Source of the DNA: Tagaea sp.
GTDB lineage: Bacteria; Pseudomonadota; Alphaproteobacteria; CACIAM-22H2
Length of the DNA stretch: 64,000 nucleotides
Direction of reading: 5' to 3'
NCBI GenBank assembly: GCA_965279525.1
Contig: CBDIIB010000005.1
Coordinates: 1,760,001 to 1,824,000 of the forward strand
Part shown: positions 51,663-61,488 of the stretch, piece after piece
Layout of the letters: every line of letters starts with the position of its first letter
How positions within the stretch are numbered: position 1 is the first letter of the stretch
Program-made: the position numbers and the translations under genes
Notes under the pieces: model-generated
Database searches by the model: none
Told to the model about the DNA's origin: nothing
Seen by the model: the letters and a program-made list of their open reading frames with translations, nothing else

Positions 51663-53566
51663 GCGTCGTGCGCATCGCCAAGACGAGCTTCGCCTCGGGC
51701 GAGATCGGACCGGCCATGCTGGGCCGCGTGGACCTGCGCGCGTTCGAGAACGGGGCGCGCACGTTGCGCAACGTCATCGTGCAGCCGTCGGGCGGCGTGA
51801 CGCGCCGGCCGGGGCTGGCGCATGTCGCCACGCTGCCGGGCCCGGCCCGGCTGGTCGCGTTCGAGTTCAACACCGAGCAGGCCTATCTGCTGGCCCTCCT
51901 CGACGGGGAGATGCGCGTCTATCGCGAGGGCGTGCAGGTGGCGAGCCTCGCCACACCGTGGACGGGCGCGCAGATCGGCCAGGTCGCGTGGACGCAGAGT
52001 GCGGACACGCTGCTCGTCGTGCATCCCGACGTGCCGCCGCGGCGCATCACGCGCACGTCGCACGCGGCGTGGACGATCGAGCCGTGGGCCTTTTTCGAGG
52101 ACAAGGGTGTGCGCCACCAGCCCTACCACAAGTTCGCCGCGACCGACGTCACACTCCAGCCGAGCGGAACGTCGGGCTCCGTGACGCTGACGGCGTCGGC
52201 CGACGCGTTCGTCGCCGGCCATGTCGGCGAGAAGCTGCGCGTCCAGCAGAAGGAGCTGACGGTCACCGCCGTGACGGGTCCGCGCAGCGCCACCGCCACC
52301 CTCGCGACCGACCAGACGCTGCCCGACACGAGCGCGACGCGCGACTGGGAGGAGGCGGCGTTTTCCGCCATCCGCGGCTGGCCGGTATCGGTCACGTTCC
52401 ACCAGGACCGGCTCGTCGTCGGCGGTTCGCGCGACCTGCCCAACCGGCTGTGGCTGTCGAAATCGGGCGACCTGTTCAATTTCGATCTGGGCACGGGTCT
52501 GGACGACGAGGCGATCGAGTTCGCGCTGCTGTCCGACCAGGTCAACGCGATCCGCCACGTCTTCTCGGGTCGCCACCTGCAGGTCTTCACGTCGGGGGCC
52601 GAATGGATGGTGACGGGCGAGCCGCTGACGCCCGAGAACGTCCAGCTCGACCGGCAGACGCGCATCGGCAGTCCGACGGACCGTTCGGTACGGCCGCGCG
52701 ACGTGGATGGTGCGACGCTATTCGTCGGGCGCGGCGGACATGATCTTCGCGAGTTCCTGTTCGCCGATGGCGAGCAGGCCTATCAGGCGACGGATCTGGC
52801 GTTGCTTGCCCCGCATCTGGTGCGCGATCCCGTCGCCATCGAGTACGACCCGGACGACCGGCTGCTGCACGTCGTCAATGCCGACGGCACGCTTGCCACG
52901 CTGACGGTCTATCGCGCCGAGCAGGTGACCGCGTGGGCGTTGCAGACGACGCTCGGGTACTTCCGTTCGGTCGCGACGGTGTCGGACGAGACCTATCTTG
53001 CGGTCGAGCGCACGGGCATCTGGTCGGTCGAACGCTTCGACCGGTCCTTCGCGACCGACGCTGCCGTGCGGCTTGAGCCGCCGCAGAACGCCACGCAGTG
53101 GACGGGCCTTGCGCATCTCGACGCCAAGAAAGTCGAACTCGTCGGCGACGGCGTGCCGCTGGGCACCGGCATCCCGATCGGCGGCACACTTGACGTACGG
53201 GCACCCGTCGCGTCGCTCGAAGCGGGCCTCGCATTCGCCGCCGTGATCGAACCTCTGCCGCCCACGCTTGCCGCGGCCGGCGGGGCGAGCCCGCGCAGCG
53301 TGCGCCTGATCGAGGCCGCGTTCCGCCTGCTGGAGGCGCGCCAGATGCGCATCGACACCGGCGGCGGTGCCGTCGACGTGCCGTTCCGCCGCTTCGCCGC
53401 CGGCAGCACCCTCGACCAGCCCGTCGCCGGCTTCACCGGCGAGAAACGCGTGCGCGCGTTGGGCTGGAAGCGGGCCGGCATCGACGCGCTGTGGCGCATC
53501 GAACTGCCGGCACCGCTGCCTTTCACGCTGCTTTCCGTAACCCACGAACTGAAGGTGAATGACTGA
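51659..53566 (+). CDS. Tail tubular protein B/nozzle (T7 gp12-like)
   Basis: SF.SGEI.P...GR.D, N....GG..RRPG, FHQDRL, W.S..GD..NF, AW. Confidence 0.82.
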   Translation: MSVVRIAKTSFASGEIGPAMLGRVDLRAFENGARTLRNVIVQPSGGVTRRPGLAHVATLPGPARLVAFEFNTEQAYLLALLDGEMRVYREGVQVASLATPWTGAQIGQVAWTQSADTLLVVHPDVPPRRITRTSHAAWTIEPWAFFEDKGVRHQPYHKFAATDVTLQPSGTSGSVTLTASADAFVAGHVGEKLRVQQKELTVTAVTGPRSATATLATDQTLPDTSATRDWEEAAFSAIRGWPVSVTFHQDRLVVGGSRDLPNRLWLSKSGDLFNFDLGTGLDDEAIEFALLSDQVNAIRHVFSGRHLQVFTSGAEWMVTGEPLTPENVQLDRQTRIGSPTDRSVRPRDVDGATLFVGRGGHDLREFLFADGEQAYQATDLALLAPHLVRDPVAIEYDPDDRLLHVVNADGTLATLTVYRAEQVTAWALQTTLGYFRSVATVSDETYLAVERTGIWSVERFDRSFATDAAVRLEPPQNATQWTGLAHLDAKKVELVGDGVPLGTGIPIGGTLDVRAPVASLEAGLAFAAVIEPLPPTLAAAGGASPRSVRLIEAAFRLLEARQMRIDTGGGAVDVPFRRFAAGSTLDQPVAGFTGEKRVRALGWKRAGIDALWRIELPAPLPFTLLSVTHELKVND

Positions 53567-54126
53567 TGGGTGGTTTCGCTCCGACCGATCCGGTCACGGC
53601 CGGGATCGCAGGCGTCAGCCTGCTCCACGGCATCGCTAGCTCGGGTGCTGCCGCATCCCACGCGCAGGCGCAAGCCGCCGCACAGGCGCAGGCCATGCAG
53701 GTGCAGGCCGAACGCCAGCGCCAGCTGCTCGAGCGCCAGTACGAGTCACAGACGCGCCAGCGCACCAACCTGCTCGAACGCGCGACCGCGAAGGCGCGCG
53801 TGTCGTTCGGTGCGCGCGGCATCTCGCCGACCGACGGTTCGGCGGGCGCCATGCTCGACGGCATCGAGACCGATTTCGGCATCGAGGAGGCCGAACGCTT
53901 CCAGGACTACACGATGCAGCGCGACGGGCTGGCGCACGGGCTGGCGGCCTCGCTCCAGCGCATCGACGGCATGCGCCAGGGCAACTTGCTCGCCGCGGAG
54001 TCCGACGTGCAGCGCCGGATCCTCGGCCTGCTGAGCTGGGGCGGCCGGACTTTCGGCCGAAGTGGCGGAAATCAGCGGGCGCCGACCGGTGATTTCCCCG
54101 TTGGCCCCTACGACAACTTCGTCTGA
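53566..54126 (+). CDS. Ala/Gln-rich putative internal virion (ejection) protein
   Basis: Gly/Ala hydrophobic N-terminus, AQAQ coiled coil, GARGI...GS motif; follows the nozzle gene. Confidence 0.6.
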   Translation: MGGFAPTDPVTAGIAGVSLLHGIASSGAAASHAQAQAAAQAQAMQVQAERQRQLLERQYESQTRQRTNLLERATAKARVSFGARGISPTDGSAGAMLDGIETDFGIEEAERFQDYTMQRDGLAHGLAASLQRIDGMRQGNLLAAESDVQRRILGLLSWGGRTFGRSGGNQRAPTGDFPVGPYDNFV

Positions 54127-54142
54127 CGCAAGGAGCACCCTC

Positions 54143-55894
54143 ATGAGCGAACACATCAAGATTGCCGCCCGTCCGCCGCGCAAGCGCTATCGCGCCGACG
54201 GCAGCCAGCGCGTCTTCGCCTTCGACTTCGCGGTCTTCCGGCCCGAAGACATCGAGATCGGCATCGACGGCGCGGTCCTTTCGGGCGGCTACACCGTCGC
54301 GGTCGGCACTGCCGGCAGCGGTGCCGTCACGCTCGACGTGGCACCGCCCGACGGTGCCGCCGTCGTCGTCCAGCGCCGCCTGCTGCTGCGCCGCGAGACG
54401 GATTTCCAGGAAGGCGGCGAGCTGCGCGCCAAGACGCTCAACGACGAACTCGATTTCCAGGCGGCCGCCCTCCAGCAGGTCGCGAGCGCGGTGGCGCGGT
54501 CGCTGCACCTGCCCGACGAAGATGCCGACGATGCCGCAACGCGCCTGCCGCGCGCCGGGCTGCGCGCACGCAAGGCGCTGGTGTTCGACATGGCCGGCAA
54601 TCCGGCCGTGTCGGCCGACATATATGTCGACCAGGCGGCGGCGTCGGCGGCGAGTGCCGACGCTGCCGCCGGATCGGCGACGGCGGCCGGCACGTCTTCC
54701 GCGTCCGCTTCGGCATCCGCTGGTGCAGCACTCGTGTCCGCCGATGCGGCGGCCGCATCGCAAGCACTTGCCGCAACGCATCTGGCCGGCACGACCATCC
54801 ACGCGGGCACGGCTGCCGCCGCCGCATCGGCCGTCGCCGTGCCGTGGACCCATGACGCATCGGTCGCGATCGACGATCCGGGTCCGGGACGCTTCCGCTT
54901 CGATGCGGCCGACCCGTCGGCGGCGGGCGCCATCGCGGTGTCGGCCCTTTCCGCCGATACCGGCGTGCCCGACGTCTCGGACTTCGTCGCGACGTGGGGG
55001 GCCAGCACCAACCCGGCGGTCAAGGGCACGCTGGTCTTGCGCAAGAGCGGCGCGCCGTCGACCTTCGCGGCGTTCGCGATCCAGTCGGTCGTCGATCACG
55101 GTGCCTGGCTTGCCGTCGCGGTCGCGCATGTCGCGTCGGGCGGAAGCTGGGCGGCGGGCGATCTGGCCCATTTCGGGTTCGCGCGCGCCGGTGACAAGGG
55201 CTTCGACGGGACCGGCACGGTCGTCAGCGTCGCGGCGGGCGACGGGTCGGTCGCGGTCGGCGGCACGCCGTTCGATCGCACCGTCGCCGTCGCCGCGAAC
55301 GGCGTGACGCTGGCCAAGCTCGCCCGAGAAGGATCGCCCGGACAGGTCCTCACGTCGAACGGGGCGGGTGCCGATCCCGCGTACCAGGCGCTGCCGGCGG
55401 GCGTGCCTGCGGGCACGGTCGTGCCCTATGCCGGGGCGAGCGAACCGGCGGGCTGGCTGTTCGCCGCCGGGCAGGCCGTGAGCCGGTCGGCGTTCGCAGC
55501 GCTTTTCGCGGCGATCGGCACGACGTTCGGCAGCGGCGACGGATCGACGACATTCAACCTGCCCGACCTGCGCGGGCGCGTGGCGGCCGGTCGCGACAAC
55601 ATGAACGGTACTTCCGCCAACCGCCTGACCGCCGGTGGTGCCGGCATCGCGGGCCTGACGCTTGGTGCGGCGGGCGGCAGCGAGACGCATGCGCTGACGG
55701 CCGCCCAGATGCCGGCGCATTCGCACAGCTACGTCGCCGGGGGCGGCGGCATGACGGTCGCGGGCTCCTTCGGCGGCACCGACACGACGGCCGGCACGCC
55801 GGGCAGCGGCAGCACGTCGGGAGCCGCGGGTTCGGGTGCGGCACATCCCAACGTGCAGCCCACGCTCGTCCTCAACCACATCGTCAAGACCTGA
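54143..55894 (+). CDS. Tail fibre protein with gp17-like N-terminal anchor and tail-collar domain
   Basis: ADG....F.F.F.VF...D N-terminus; Ala/Ser heptads; PAG.V.PYAG...P.GWL...GQ.VSR...FNLPDLRGR collar; H.NVQP..VLN.I.K end. Confidence 0.88.
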   Translation: MSEHIKIAARPPRKRYRADGSQRVFAFDFAVFRPEDIEIGIDGAVLSGGYTVAVGTAGSGAVTLDVAPPDGAAVVVQRRLLLRRETDFQEGGELRAKTLNDELDFQAAALQQVASAVARSLHLPDEDADDAATRLPRAGLRARKALVFDMAGNPAVSADIYVDQAAASAASADAAAGSATAAGTSSASASASAGAALVSADAAAASQALAATHLAGTTIHAGTAAAAASAVAVPWTHDASVAIDDPGPGRFRFDAADPSAAGAIAVSALSADTGVPDVSDFVATWGASTNPAVKGTLVLRKSGAPSTFAAFAIQSVVDHGAWLAVAVAHVASGGSWAAGDLAHFGFARAGDKGFDGTGTVVSVAAGDGSVAVGGTPFDRTVAVAANGVTLAKLAREGSPGQVLTSNGAGADPAYQALPAGVPAGTVVPYAGASEPAGWLFAAGQAVSRSAFAALFAAIGTTFGSGDGSTTFNLPDLRGRVAAGRDNMNGTSANRLTAGGAGIAGLTLGAAGGSETHALTAAQMPAHSHSYVAGGGGMTVAGSFGGTDTTAGTPGSGSTSGAAGSGAAHPNVQPTLVLNHIVKT

Positions 55895-55896
55895 AC

Positions 55897-57411
55897 ATGA
55901 AAAAGAAACCCGCCTTGCCGCCGCCGGCACCGCCTGCCGTGCCCGGCTTTCCCGCATTCGTCAACGACTGGAACGCGCTGCAGGGGCAGGGCACGCCCGC
56001 GTTGCACGCGCGCATGGCCGGCTGGCTTGCCGATGCGCGGGCGTCGCGCGCGGCGGGCCTGGTCCTGCTCGCGTTCCGCTCGAGCGGCAAGTCGACGCTG
56101 ATCGGGCTGTTCTGCGCCTGGCTGCTGGCGCGCGATCCCGACCTGCGCGTGCTGGTGCTGGCGGCGGAAGAAGCGCTCGCGCGCAAGATGGTGCGCAACG
56201 TCAAGCGCATCGTCGAGCGGCACCCGGCGACGGCGGGCCTGAAGCCGGTGCGCGCCGACATGTGGGCTTCGGACCAGTTCGTCGTCGAGCGGCGGGCGGA
56301 ACTGCGCGACCCCTCGATGCTGGCGCGCGGGCTTGCGGGCAACATCACCGGCAGCCGCGCCGACGTGGTGATCTGCGACGACGTCGAGGTGCCCAACACC
56401 TGCGACACGCACGCCAAGCGCGTCGAGCTGCGCGAACGGCTGACCGAGATCGACTACGTGCTCGTTCCCGGCGGCCTGCAGCTCTATATCGGCACGCCGC
56501 ACAGCTACTATTCGATCTATGCGGCCGAGGCGCGTGCTGAAGCGGGCGAAAGCGTGCCGTTCCTCGACGGCTTCACGCGCCTGTCGATCCCGGTCGTGGC
56601 GCCCGACGGGACCTATGCGTGGCCCGAGCGGTTCGACCTCGCGCGTCTGGATGCGGTGCGCAAGCGCACCGGCCCGCAGAAGTTCCGCGCGCAGATGATG
56701 CTGGAGCCGGTCGCCGACGGTGCCTGCCGGCTCGATCCCGACCGCCTCGTCGCCTACGACTGGCCGCTCGATTATTCGGAAGGCAACGGGGCGCCGGTCC
56801 TTTCGATCGGCGGCAAGCAGATGGTATCGGCCGGCTGCTGGTGGGATCCGTCCTATGGCACCGCGGCGGGCGACAGCTCCGTCGTCGCGGTCGTGTTCGC
56901 CGACAAGGAAGGCCATTGCTATCTGCACGAGGTGAAGTACCTCGCCCTTCCCGCCGGCACGCGCCCCGAGGACGAGGCGAAGGCGTTCTGCCGCCAGGTC
57001 GCCGAGTTCGCCAGGCGCAACCACGTGCCGGTCGTTCGCGTGGAAACCAATGGCCTTGGCGGATTCCTGCCCGGGCTGTTGCGCGGGGAAATCCTCGCGG
57101 CGAAGGCGGGCTGCGGGGCGGTCGGCATCCACAACCGGATACCGAAGGTCCGCCGCATCCTCGACGCGTTCGACGCGCGTCTGGCCGCCGGCATGCTCCA
57201 CGCCCATCGCGGCGTGTGGGCGACACCCTTCGTTGCCGAGATGCGCGAGTGGCGTGCCGACCTCAGCGGCGTGCGCGACGACGGGCTCGACGCCGTGGCC
57301 GGCTGCCTTGCCGGCGAGCCGGTGCGCTTTCCTGCCGTCGCACGCGAAACGCCGCCCGATTGGCGGCCGGGTGCGGGCTCGCACAAGGCGCGCACCGAGT
57401 TCGAGATCTGA
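55897..57411 (+). CDS. Terminase large subunit (T7 gp19-like)
   Basis: AFRSSGKS Walker A, TGSRAD..ICDDVE Walker B, IGTP, WDPS, ETNG, DDGLDA nuclease acidic residues. Confidence 0.9.
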   Translation: MKKKPALPPPAPPAVPGFPAFVNDWNALQGQGTPALHARMAGWLADARASRAAGLVLLAFRSSGKSTLIGLFCAWLLARDPDLRVLVLAAEEALARKMVRNVKRIVERHPATAGLKPVRADMWASDQFVVERRAELRDPSMLARGLAGNITGSRADVVICDDVEVPNTCDTHAKRVELRERLTEIDYVLVPGGLQLYIGTPHSYYSIYAAEARAEAGESVPFLDGFTRLSIPVVAPDGTYAWPERFDLARLDAVRKRTGPQKFRAQMMLEPVADGACRLDPDRLVAYDWPLDYSEGNGAPVLSIGGKQMVSAGCWWDPSYGTAAGDSSVVAVVFADKEGHCYLHEVKYLALPAGTRPEDEAKAFCRQVAEFARRNHVPVVRVETNGLGGFLPGLLRGEILAAKAGCGAVGIHNRIPKVRRILDAFDARLAAGMLHAHRGVWATPFVAEMREWRADLSGVRDDGLDAVAGCLAGEPVRFPAVARETPPDWRPGAGSHKARTEFEI

Positions 57412-57431
57412 AACGAGGAGAGGGATCTGCA

Positions 57432-57725
57432 ATGGATATGTTCGAACTGACGCCCGGCCTTGCGATCGTCGCGGCCTCCGACGCGTCGAGCTTCGGCGCG
57501 ATCGCGTGGCTGTTCTGGAAGCGCCACCAGGACCAGGAACGCATGCTCGATCGGCTGCGCCAGGCCTGTCTCGACGAGACGCGCGACCTGCGCCATGCGC
57601 TTGCCGAGTTCAAGCTCGAGGTCGCGCGCGGCTACGCGTCGATCGGCTACATCAAGGATGTCGAGAACCGGCTGACGGCCCACCTGCTGCGCATCGAGGC
57701 GAAGCTCGACGGAGTGGGCGCATGA
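57432..57725 (+). CDS. Small membrane/coiled-coil phage protein (holin-like)
   Basis: GAGGAG RBS; hydrophobic N-half; LAEFKLEVA..Y......VE.RL...L.RIE.KLD. Confidence 0.65.
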   Translation: MDMFELTPGLAIVAASDASSFGAIAWLFWKRHQDQERMLDRLRQACLDETRDLRHALAEFKLEVARGYASIGYIKDVENRLTAHLLRIEAKLDGVGA

Positions 57726-58267
57726 TCCCGGCCCTGATCGCCCAGGTCGGTCTGCCGCTGCTCGTCCGGCTCGTGGGCGGTGCCTTGTCGCAGATCGACC
57801 ATCCGGCCGCGCGCGCGGCGGCGGACGCACTCGAGACGGCCGGCGGCACGCTGACGCAAGAGCAGGTCGCCGAGGCCAACCGCCATCTCGAGGCGATGGC
57901 GCGGCTCGAAAGCGAGGAAGGCCGCGAGACGATCCGCGAGGTCAACGCCTCGCTGCGCACCGAGGCCGCCAGCGAGGACGCCTATGTGCGGCGCATGCGG
58001 CCGACCTTCGGCTACGTGATGGCCGCGACGTGGGCCGCCCAGATGGGGGCGGTGGCGTGGATCGTCGTGCGCAAGCCGGGCGAGGCCGCCGCGGTGATCG
58101 AAGCACTTGGCGCCTTGTCGGTCGTCTGGTCGGTCGGGCTGTCGGTGCTGGGCGTCTATGTCTACAAGCGCTCGTCCGACAAGGCGGTGGCGTCGGGGGC
58201 GGTGGCGTCGGGAAGTCCGCGGCCGGGCCTGGTCGATGCGATCCGAGGGGCCGTCTTGCGGCGCTAG
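57722..58267 (+). CDS. 3TM-type holin (GTA-holin-like family)
   Basis: EA.S.D.YVRR.RP..GY, two TM helices, LG.Y...RS.DK. Confidence 0.75.
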   Translation: MIPALIAQVGLPLLVRLVGGALSQIDHPAARAAADALETAGGTLTQEQVAEANRHLEAMARLESEEGRETIREVNASLRTEAASEDAYVRRMRPTFGYVMAATWAAQMGAVAWIVVRKPGEAAAVIEALGALSVVWSVGLSVLGVYVYKRSSDKAVASGAVASGSPRPGLVDAIRGAVLRR

Positions 58268-59934
58268 GCCGCCCCGCCGCCGGCCGAGTTGCTCAGCAGG
58301 CGCTCGGAGATGCGCCGCAGGCCGCCGATGTTCTCGGTGACCGTCGCGAGCGACACGCGCACGCCGGCCGAGCTCGTGCTGACCGCGTCGATCTCGCGGC
58401 TGACGTTCTTGATCTTGGCGGAGACCTCGCGCGAGGCTTCGGCCGTCTGGGCGACGTTGCGCGCGATCTCCTGCGTGGCCGAGCCCTGTTCTTCCATCGC
58501 GGCGGCGATCGCGGTCGCGACCCCGTCGACCTCGCGGATGCGCTCGCCGATCTCGGCCACGGCCGCGACCGCGGCGTCCGTCGCCGTCTGGATCTCGCCG
58601 ACCTGGCGGTCGATGTCCTCGGTCGAGCGGCCGGTCTGGTTGGCGAGGTTCTTGACCTCCGATGCCACCACCGCGAAGCCCTTGCCGGCATCGCCCGCGC
58701 GCGCGGCCTCGATCGTGGCGTTCAGCGCCAGCAGGTTGGTGCGCCCGGCGATCTCGCCGATGAGCTTGCTCACCTCGGCGATCTTGCCCACGGCGTCGGA
58801 CAGCGAGCGGATCGTCGCCTGCGCGTTCTGGCCGCTCGACACGGCGCTCTTCGTCACGCTCGAGGCGCGCGCGACCTGGGTGGTGATCTCGTGGATCGAC
58901 GCCGAAAGTTCCTCGGCCGCGGACGAGACCGTCTGGACATTGACGAGCGCCTGCTCGGATGCCGCGGCGACCGCCTCGCTCTCGGCCAGCACCTCGCCGG
59001 CGAGCTTCGCCATGCCTTGTGCGGCCTCGTCGACGCTGCTCGTCGCGGCGGCGATGGAATCGACGGCGACCGCGGTTTCCTGGACGGTCGCGGTCATCTC
59101 GAGCATCCGGCGCTGGCGGCGCTCTTCGGACTGCGCCGCGGCCTTCGCGGCGTCGGCGCGCAGCCGCTCGTTCTCGACCGCGTTGTCCTTGAAGAACGAG
59201 ACCGCGGCCGCCATGTCGCCGACCTCGTCGGTCCGCCCGCTGCCGGGGATCCCGATGGCGACGTCGCCGGCGGCAAGCCGGCTCATCGCCGACGCCATGG
59301 CCCCGACCGGCCGGCCGATGTTGCGCGCAAGCAGGAGCCCGACGATCGCCGCGACGACGACCGTGAGGAGCGCCACCGCCGAAAGCGCCAGCACGACGTT
59401 GTCCACGCTGCGCGTGGCGTCCTGGCGGAAATAGTAGCCGTGCTCCTTCGCGGCCTCGTTGACGATCGTGATCCGCGTCTCGAGGGTCTTCAGCAGGGCG
59501 TCCTTCTCGGCCAGCAGGTTCCCGGGAACCTCGCCGCCGGCCGACGCATCGGCAAAGAGCCGCGTGCGCAACGCTTCCCACCGGGCGAGCGTCTCGCGGA
59601 CATTCGCGATCTGGGTGGCGCTGTCGGGGCCGACCGCCCGCTCCTCGACGATCGCGAGATCGTCGAGGAGGGCCGATTCCTGGCTCGTCACGGCCTCGAT
59701 GTCGGGCGGCGTGCCGTCGCGCCGCTGCTGGAGAGCCAGCGTCACCGCGAGGTCGAGCTTGGCGTAGTTCGTCATCGCCGACGCGGCGAAGTCGCTTGCC
59801 ATCAACGGCCCGTCATAGAGCGCCTCGGTGAGCGAGGCGGCCTTGCGCAGGCCGATGACGGCATAGCCGCCCATCGCCATCGTCATGACGATGACGATGG
59901 CGAGGCCGACAAGGATTTTTCCCCGGATACGCAT
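58264..59934 (-). CDS. Methyl-accepting chemotaxis protein
   Basis: Two [37 protein letters not shown]. Confidence 0.95.
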   Translation of the reverse strand: MRIRGKILVGLAIVIVMTMAMGGYAVIGLRKAASLTEALYDGPLMASDFAASAMTNYAKLDLAVTLALQQRRDGTPPDIEAVTSQESALLDDLAIVEERAVGPDSATQIANVRETLARWEALRTRLFADASAGGEVPGNLLAEKDALLKTLETRITIVNEAAKEHGYYFRQDATRSVDNVVLALSAVALLTVVVAAIVGLLLARNIGRPVGAMASAMSRLAAGDVAIGIPGSGRTDEVGDMAAAVSFFKDNAVENERLRADAAKAAAQSEERRQRRMLEMTATVQETAVAVDSIAAATSSVDEAAQGMAKLAGEVLAESEAVAAASEQALVNVQTVSSAAEELSASIHEITTQVARASSVTKSAVSSGQNAQATIRSLSDAVGKIAEVSKLIGEIAGRTNLLALNATIEAARAGDAGKGFAVVASEVKNLANQTGRSTEDIDRQVGEIQTATDAAVAAVAEIGERIREVDGVATAIAAAMEEQGSATQEIARNVAQTAEASREVSAKIKNVSREIDAVSTSSAGVRVSLATVTENIGGLRRISERLLSNSAGGGAA

Positions 59935-59968
59935 TGCCGCGACTCCCGTATGTCGGGGAACGACCCGA

Positions 59969-60289
59969 TTACCTGACGGTCAGTTTCATCTTCATCTGCG
60001 GGTGGATGGCGCAACGCACCTCGCCCGTTCCTTCGCGGTCGAACTTGATGTCGCTCGACTCGCCGGGCTTCTGCACCTTCAGCTCGAAGGCGATGCCCGG
60101 CGACTGCGAATAGACATTGTGGGTGAACGGGTCGTCGTTCTTGAAGACGATGGTGTCGCCCTTGGCGATCGTCATCTCGGCGACGGCGAACTTCTTGTCG
60201 GCCTGGACGACGGTGCTGGTCGCCGCAAGCGCATAGCTGCTTGCGGCACCGGTGGCGATGGCGAGGACGGGCAACATGTAACGGCGCAT
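59969..60289 (-). CDS. Periplasmic cupredoxin (plastocyanin/amicyanin-like)
   Basis: Signal peptide; HNV and CAIHPQM type-1 Cu ligands. Confidence 0.85.
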   Translation of the reverse strand: MRRYMLPVLAIATGAASSYALAATSTVVQADKKFAVAEMTIAKGDTIVFKNDDPFTHNVYSQSPGIAFELKVQKPGESSDIKFDREGTGEVRCAIHPQMKMKLTVR

Positions 60290-60333
60290 CTTGGTAGCTC
60301 CTTGGATTCGGGTCGACGTATCTTGTCGGGTTT

Positions 60334-61413
60334 TCAGCGGGCCGCGTGATCGACCATCGGCAGGACCGGCACGGGGTAGGGCGTCTCGGGCGCGTTGAGC
60401 GTGAGGAGGAATTCGACGAGATCCGCACTCTCCGTTGCCGTCAGTCCGAGGGGCCGGACATGCTCGGAAAGGCTCGCGCGCTTCACGTCGCCGCCGCGGT
60501 TGTAGTGGTCGATGACCTTGGCGAGATTGGCGACCGACCCGTCGTGCATGTAAGGCGCCGTGCGCCCGATCTCGCGCAGCGTGGGCGTCTTGAAGGCATG
60601 GTTCATGCTCGGCAGGTTGATGATCTTGATCCGCCCGGCATCCTCGTCGGAAAGGCCGATGTCGTAGAAGCTGCTGTCGGTGAAGTTCCACCCCGAATGG
60701 CAGGCCGCACAGTTCGCCTTGGTGTTGAAGAGCATGAAGCCGCGCTTGGCCGTATCGGAGATCGCCTGCTCGTCGCCGGAGATCCACTTGTCGAACGGTG
60801 CCGTACCCGACACGAGGCCGCGTTCGAAGACGCCGATGGCCTTGACGAGATTGTCGATGGTGAGGCCGTCCTTCGGGAACGCGGCGCGGAACATCGAGCG
60901 GTAGCCGCCGATCGCCGACAATTCCTCGACGAGCTTGTCGAGCGGCTGGTTCATGTTCCGGGGGTTCGCGATGGGCCCCTTGACGTGGCCTTCGAGATGC
61001 TCGGTGCGGCCGTCCCATGCGGTCTGCTCGGTCCAGGCGAGGTTGAGCAGCGTGGGGGAGTTGCGCACGTGCGGCGTTCCGGCGTGGCCGAAGCTCTTCG
61101 GCACGCCGTCGGTCCAGGCGAGGCCCGGAAGATGGCAGGTCGAGCACGAGATGAAGTTCGATCCCGACAGGCGCGGATCGAAGAACAGCATCTCGCCGAG
61201 CTTCGCCTTCTCGGCCGAATAGGGATTGTCGTCGAGATAGGGCACGCTTGCCGGCCGGACATAATCCTTCTTGTACTCGGCGAGCGTCTTCCAGGGCTTC
61301 GGCGCCGGGGCGGTCTGGGCGATCGCTGCGGCAATGCCGACGCCGCCGGCGAGGAGCAGGGCCGCGAGCGCGCCGAAGCGGCCGAGCGGGCGGGTGTGAA
61401 GTTCCGGTCGCAT
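60334..61413 (-). CDS. Di-heme cytochrome c peroxidase (bCcP/MauG family)
   Basis: LFFDPRLS, CSTCH, WDGR, CAACH, FKTPTLR, PYMHDG. Confidence 0.92.
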   Translation of the reverse strand: MRPELHTRPLGRFGALAALLLAGGVGIAAAIAQTAPAPKPWKTLAEYKKDYVRPASVPYLDDNPYSAEKAKLGEMLFFDPRLSGSNFISCSTCHLPGLAWTDGVPKSFGHAGTPHVRNSPTLLNLAWTEQTAWDGRTEHLEGHVKGPIANPRNMNQPLDKLVEELSAIGGYRSMFRAAFPKDGLTIDNLVKAIGVFERGLVSGTAPFDKWISGDEQAISDTAKRGFMLFNTKANCAACHSGWNFTDSSFYDIGLSDEDAGRIKIINLPSMNHAFKTPTLREIGRTAPYMHDGSVANLAKVIDHYNRGGDVKRASLSEHVRPLGLTATESADLVEFLLTLNAPETPYPVPVLPMVDHAAR

Positions 61414-61488
61414 GATGGTGTTCCTCCAGTTCGCTTTCAGGTCGCGGCAAAGTTAGCCGGAACTGGCTAAAAAGACACTAACAATGGA

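Larger units (their letters stand above)
45823..58267. mobile_element. Podovirus-derived (T7/BPP-1-like) virion module: cryptic prophage or GTA-like element
   Basis: Repressor plus co-oriented head, tail, terminase and holin genes; no integrase, replication genes or att sites seen. Confidence 0.8.

Noticed and set aside
54143-57411. BPP-1-style diversity-generating retroelement at the fibre gene
   Set aside because: No reverse transcriptase, and no template/variable repeat pair seen
45823-58267. Complete inducible prophage
   Set aside because: No integrase, replication genes or att repeats; about 12 kb, with host genes directly on both sides
45823-58267. Canonical RcGTA or tailocin
   Set aside because: No HK97-type prohead protease, tape measure, tube, sheath or baseplate genes; the parts are podoviral and include a head and terminase
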